A DNA stretch of 63,962 nt, the filler included, from Olpidium bornovanus S191 (Eukaryota; Fungi; Olpidiomycota), in assembly GCA_017911155.1 (NCBI GenBank). It is 34 parts of 34 records of this genome, joined end to end, with 100 filler letters (N's around TTAATTAATTAA, not from the genome) between each part and the next. Parts side by side here need not be neighbours in the genome. Positions count along the whole stretch, not along the records: positions 60,953 to 62,606 come from JAEFCI010001044.1; positions 62,707 to 63,962 come from JAEFCI010007781.1; 32 more parts are not named here. The stretch is one strand, 5' to 3'. Shown here one piece after another: positions 61,448 to 63,962 of the stretch; position 1 is the first letter of the stretch; each line of letters opens with the position of its first letter. The translations under genes and the position numbers were made by a program. The notes below the pieces were generated by a model. The model made no database searches, was not told where the DNA came from, and saw only the letters and a list, made by a program, of their open reading frames with translations.

Positions 61448-61516
61448 TTTCTCCACGCCTCCACCGACATTTTCTCCACGCCTCCACCGACATTTTCTCC
61501 ACGCCTCCACCGACAT
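61448..61516. repeat. Three perfect tandem copies of a 23-bp unit
   Basis: tttctccacgcctccaccgacat at 61448, 61471 and 61494. Confidence 0.95.
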
Positions 61517-62231
61517 TTTGTCTTCTTATACTTTCATATGTTTATTTACCCGTTTTTCTTCTTTTTTCATTTTTATTCCGTCGTGTCGACCTGGCCGCAG
61601 AGCCGGTGTTCGTTCACATGTCCATCCTTTGCCATTCTCCTTTTGCTTATTTTATTTCTTTTTTTTTTGTTAACGTGCCGTTCTGCGCTTTTTTGCATCA
61701 TGTGTCCCTCTTTTTTCCTCTTCCTCTCCCTCTTATCATTTTCTTTTCGCACATTTTCGCATAGATTTTACAACCACCCCCCCCCTCCCCCCGTCTTCTT
61801 CCCAGCTCGCCTCCGCCTCTCCGGCGGCCCGCGAAAATCAAAAACGTGAAAACCGTGTGTGGCCGCGTTCGGGCGACCCTGTTGGAAAAAAGTGGGAAAG
61901 GGGGTTGGACGTAGCCGGCAGCGCAGACTCCTGCGGGAATCATCCCTCCTTTCTTCCCCCTGTAAATCCCGCATGCCGACGCCATACAGAACAAACCGAA
62001 AGAACTCTACAGCGTTCCGAACTGTGCAGTGCAGTCTCCGGCGTCCCCACCGTCCGCCATCCGCCGTCTCCGCCCTCCATCCTTGGTCCCTCCATTGCGC
62101 ACTCGTCTTCCTTTGTCTCCTTTGGTTCCACGTCCGTCGTTCAGGTTATGAGCCCAACCGGCGACTCCAAAGAAGAGAACTACTGCCTCCTCTCCGTCCG
62201 AAGCAGAACCACGGAAAGGAGAGAAGCAACC

Positions 62232-62606
62232 ATGGATGGAAGAGAACTTGCGGGCGAAAGCACGACGCCACCGTACACCGCTCCAGGCGTATGACGCATG
62301 CGGAACACGACTGCGTTTACGACCTCAAGTCGGTCAAGGACAGTCAAGGACTCCGTGAAGGCGCTCAGGGAACGCCACAGGAGAGAGGAAACAGAGCAGC
62401 GTCACCAGGAGGAGCTCGAAGACCTACGTCAAAAGCTGGCGCGGGAGAAAACCCACCGAGCACGAGCGGAGGAACGCATGAAGGACATGGAAGCCGCACT
62501 TCTTCAAGCAGAAAATGAGGAAGAAGAGGATGACCAAGAAAACTCCGTCCAGGGTGACCGAGATGGCTCTGCCAACGAAGAGCGTGTTCGCGTGGAACGC
62601 GTGGAA
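62232..62606 (+). pseudogene. Intronless coiled-coil ORF interrupted by one TGA (possibly gag-like)
   Basis: ORFs 61857-62294 and 62298-62654 are in the same frame, separated by TGA at 62292-62294; E/R/K-rich heptad-like sequence. Confidence 0.3.
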
Positions 62607-62730
62607 NNNNNNNNNNNNNNNNNNNNNNNNNNNNNNNNNNNNNNNNNNNNTTAATTAATTAANNNNNNNNNNNNNNNNNNNNNNNNNNNNNNNNNNNNNN
62701 NNNNNNCGGAAAACAGGGGGCACGACGCAC

Positions 62731-63256
62731 CTATGTCGGCAAATTTCCGGTCTTCGAAAATCATGAAGTCGTGCTGCCTCGCGAGCCCGACCAGCCTGTC
62801 TACGAGCTCCTGGTCAAAATCCTCCACGATATCAATGTGCGTCTAAACGAAAACGAAACAGAAGGGGGAAAAGAAAAAGAGCGGGAGGCGAGTTCAGGGC
62901 GTTTTACCCAGATTCACAGACTTCTAAAAGCACAAAAAAAACTTCCCCCCTCCTTCCGTCGCCCCCCGGTAAAAGAAAAAAACGCCCCGGAGCCGCTATC
63001 CCGTCCCCGCGCTCGGATACGGCGCCCTGAGCGGGAGGAGGGAGAACGTCCGGCGAATTTTTTCGTTCGCCGTTATCACCTTGAGGAGGCAGATCTCGGG
63101 GCCGACGGCCTCGGCAAGGCGGAGGAGGTCGGCCTTTTTAGTGACGTCGACGGCGACGGACAGATTCGTTCTTTTCCGGTGCATCAGCTTCAGCAGGCTT
63201 TTCGCCGCCGGGTTCGCGAAGTGCTGGGCGCGCTCGCCGTAAGTGAGAGCCGCCAT
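62731..63256 (-). CDS. URA3: Orotidine-5'-phosphate decarboxylase, first two exons
   Basis: [38 protein letters not shown]...GPEICLLK|THIDIVEDF...[13 protein letters not shown] (DxKxxD catalytic motif). Confidence 0.98.
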
Positions 63257-63962
63257 TCTTATTCCTTTCTTTTTCCTCTTGGTTTTCACCTCGGCCCAAA
63301 CTTCGGCTCCGCGGGGTGCCAGGCACGCTTCACTCTCCCACCCGCGCCTTCCCACTCCTACCCGCCCGGAGTGCCCTTGTAGAAAACTGAGCCGTTGCTG
63401 ACCGGTCTCGGGTGGGACCTTGCTTTTTCTGTGGTGTGCGGGGGCGTGGGAGGCGGGAGGGAGGGGGGGAGGAGGGGAAGAAACTCTGCGGTCATAAGTT
63501 GACATTTCCCCCGGTTTCTTGTTCAGCCACCCCACGGCCGCGTGGGAAGTCAGTCTCTTCGCGCGGCAGGAAAACTTGGGGCGAGTGCGGTGTGAGGTGG
63601 GGGCAAAGGGCCGCCCCGTGCACGCCGCGAGCGAAAGACCTCTCGGCTGTCGCCGCGCGCGCGGTGGGCCGGAGTGTTGTGTGGGACATACCGCCGGGAA
63701 GAGTCGGGACAAGAAACCCGGACGCGCAAGCGAAGTCGCAGGTGAGCAGGGGAGGGAAGGGGTTCGCGTGTTGCTCTGTCTCTTCTTTCCGCGCGTGGCG
63801 TTTCCGGCGGAAGTTTTTTTTTTATTTATTTTTTTTTTGGTCGGAGCATAAGCTGAATTAGTCACGTGACTCCAAGCGATCACCGCAACTGTGACGGGAA
63901 TCCCGCTCTGAACGGAGGAACATTTTCCGCGCTTTCCTGGCCTTCCCCTGGCTCTCGCATGC

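Overview
This window is not one contiguous locus. It is 34 short contigs (about 1.0-4.0 kb) joined by 33 identical artificial 100-nt linkers (N44-TTAATTAATTAA-N44), so neighbouring contigs are not linked and ORFs running into N are artefacts. The DNA is eukaryotic: GC-rich exons, spliceosomal introns and long homopolymer tracts. The gene set points to an early-diverging, probably zoosporic fungus; this is inferred from gene content, and Olpidium-like is only an impression. Fungal-type genes: URA3, a homocitrate synthase remnant, Cdc25-like RasGEF, Tfc3, Sec3, an F-BAR Cdc15/Hof1-like gene. Genes shared with animals or protists and, to my knowledge, mostly absent from Dikarya: Ral, RalGAP-beta, a Frizzled/Smoothened-like GPCR, DCAF12, a membrane-type adenylyl cyclase, an LKAAEAR1-like gene. 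Also present: HEN1, DnaJA, PNO1, CEF1/CDC5L, a DHX29-like helicase, PXMP4, a METTL21-like methyltransferase, a RING-H2 ligase, two secreted or Pro/Gln-rich proteins, Ty1/copia remnants and minisatellites. Two candidates for undescribed systems stand out. (1) A 10-exon gene at 40786-43967 joins a catalytically degenerate Nudix domain, two TTP-like CCCH zinc fingers and a C-terminal W2 (eIF5/eIF2B-epsilon-type) domain. (2) At 1-1139 a Ty3/Gypsy-type RNase H runs in frame into a DIRS-type N6-adenine methyltransferase with an intact NPPF motif. All family assignments come from manual translation and recalled motifs; no database search was run. No rRNA, tRNA or CRISPR array was found.
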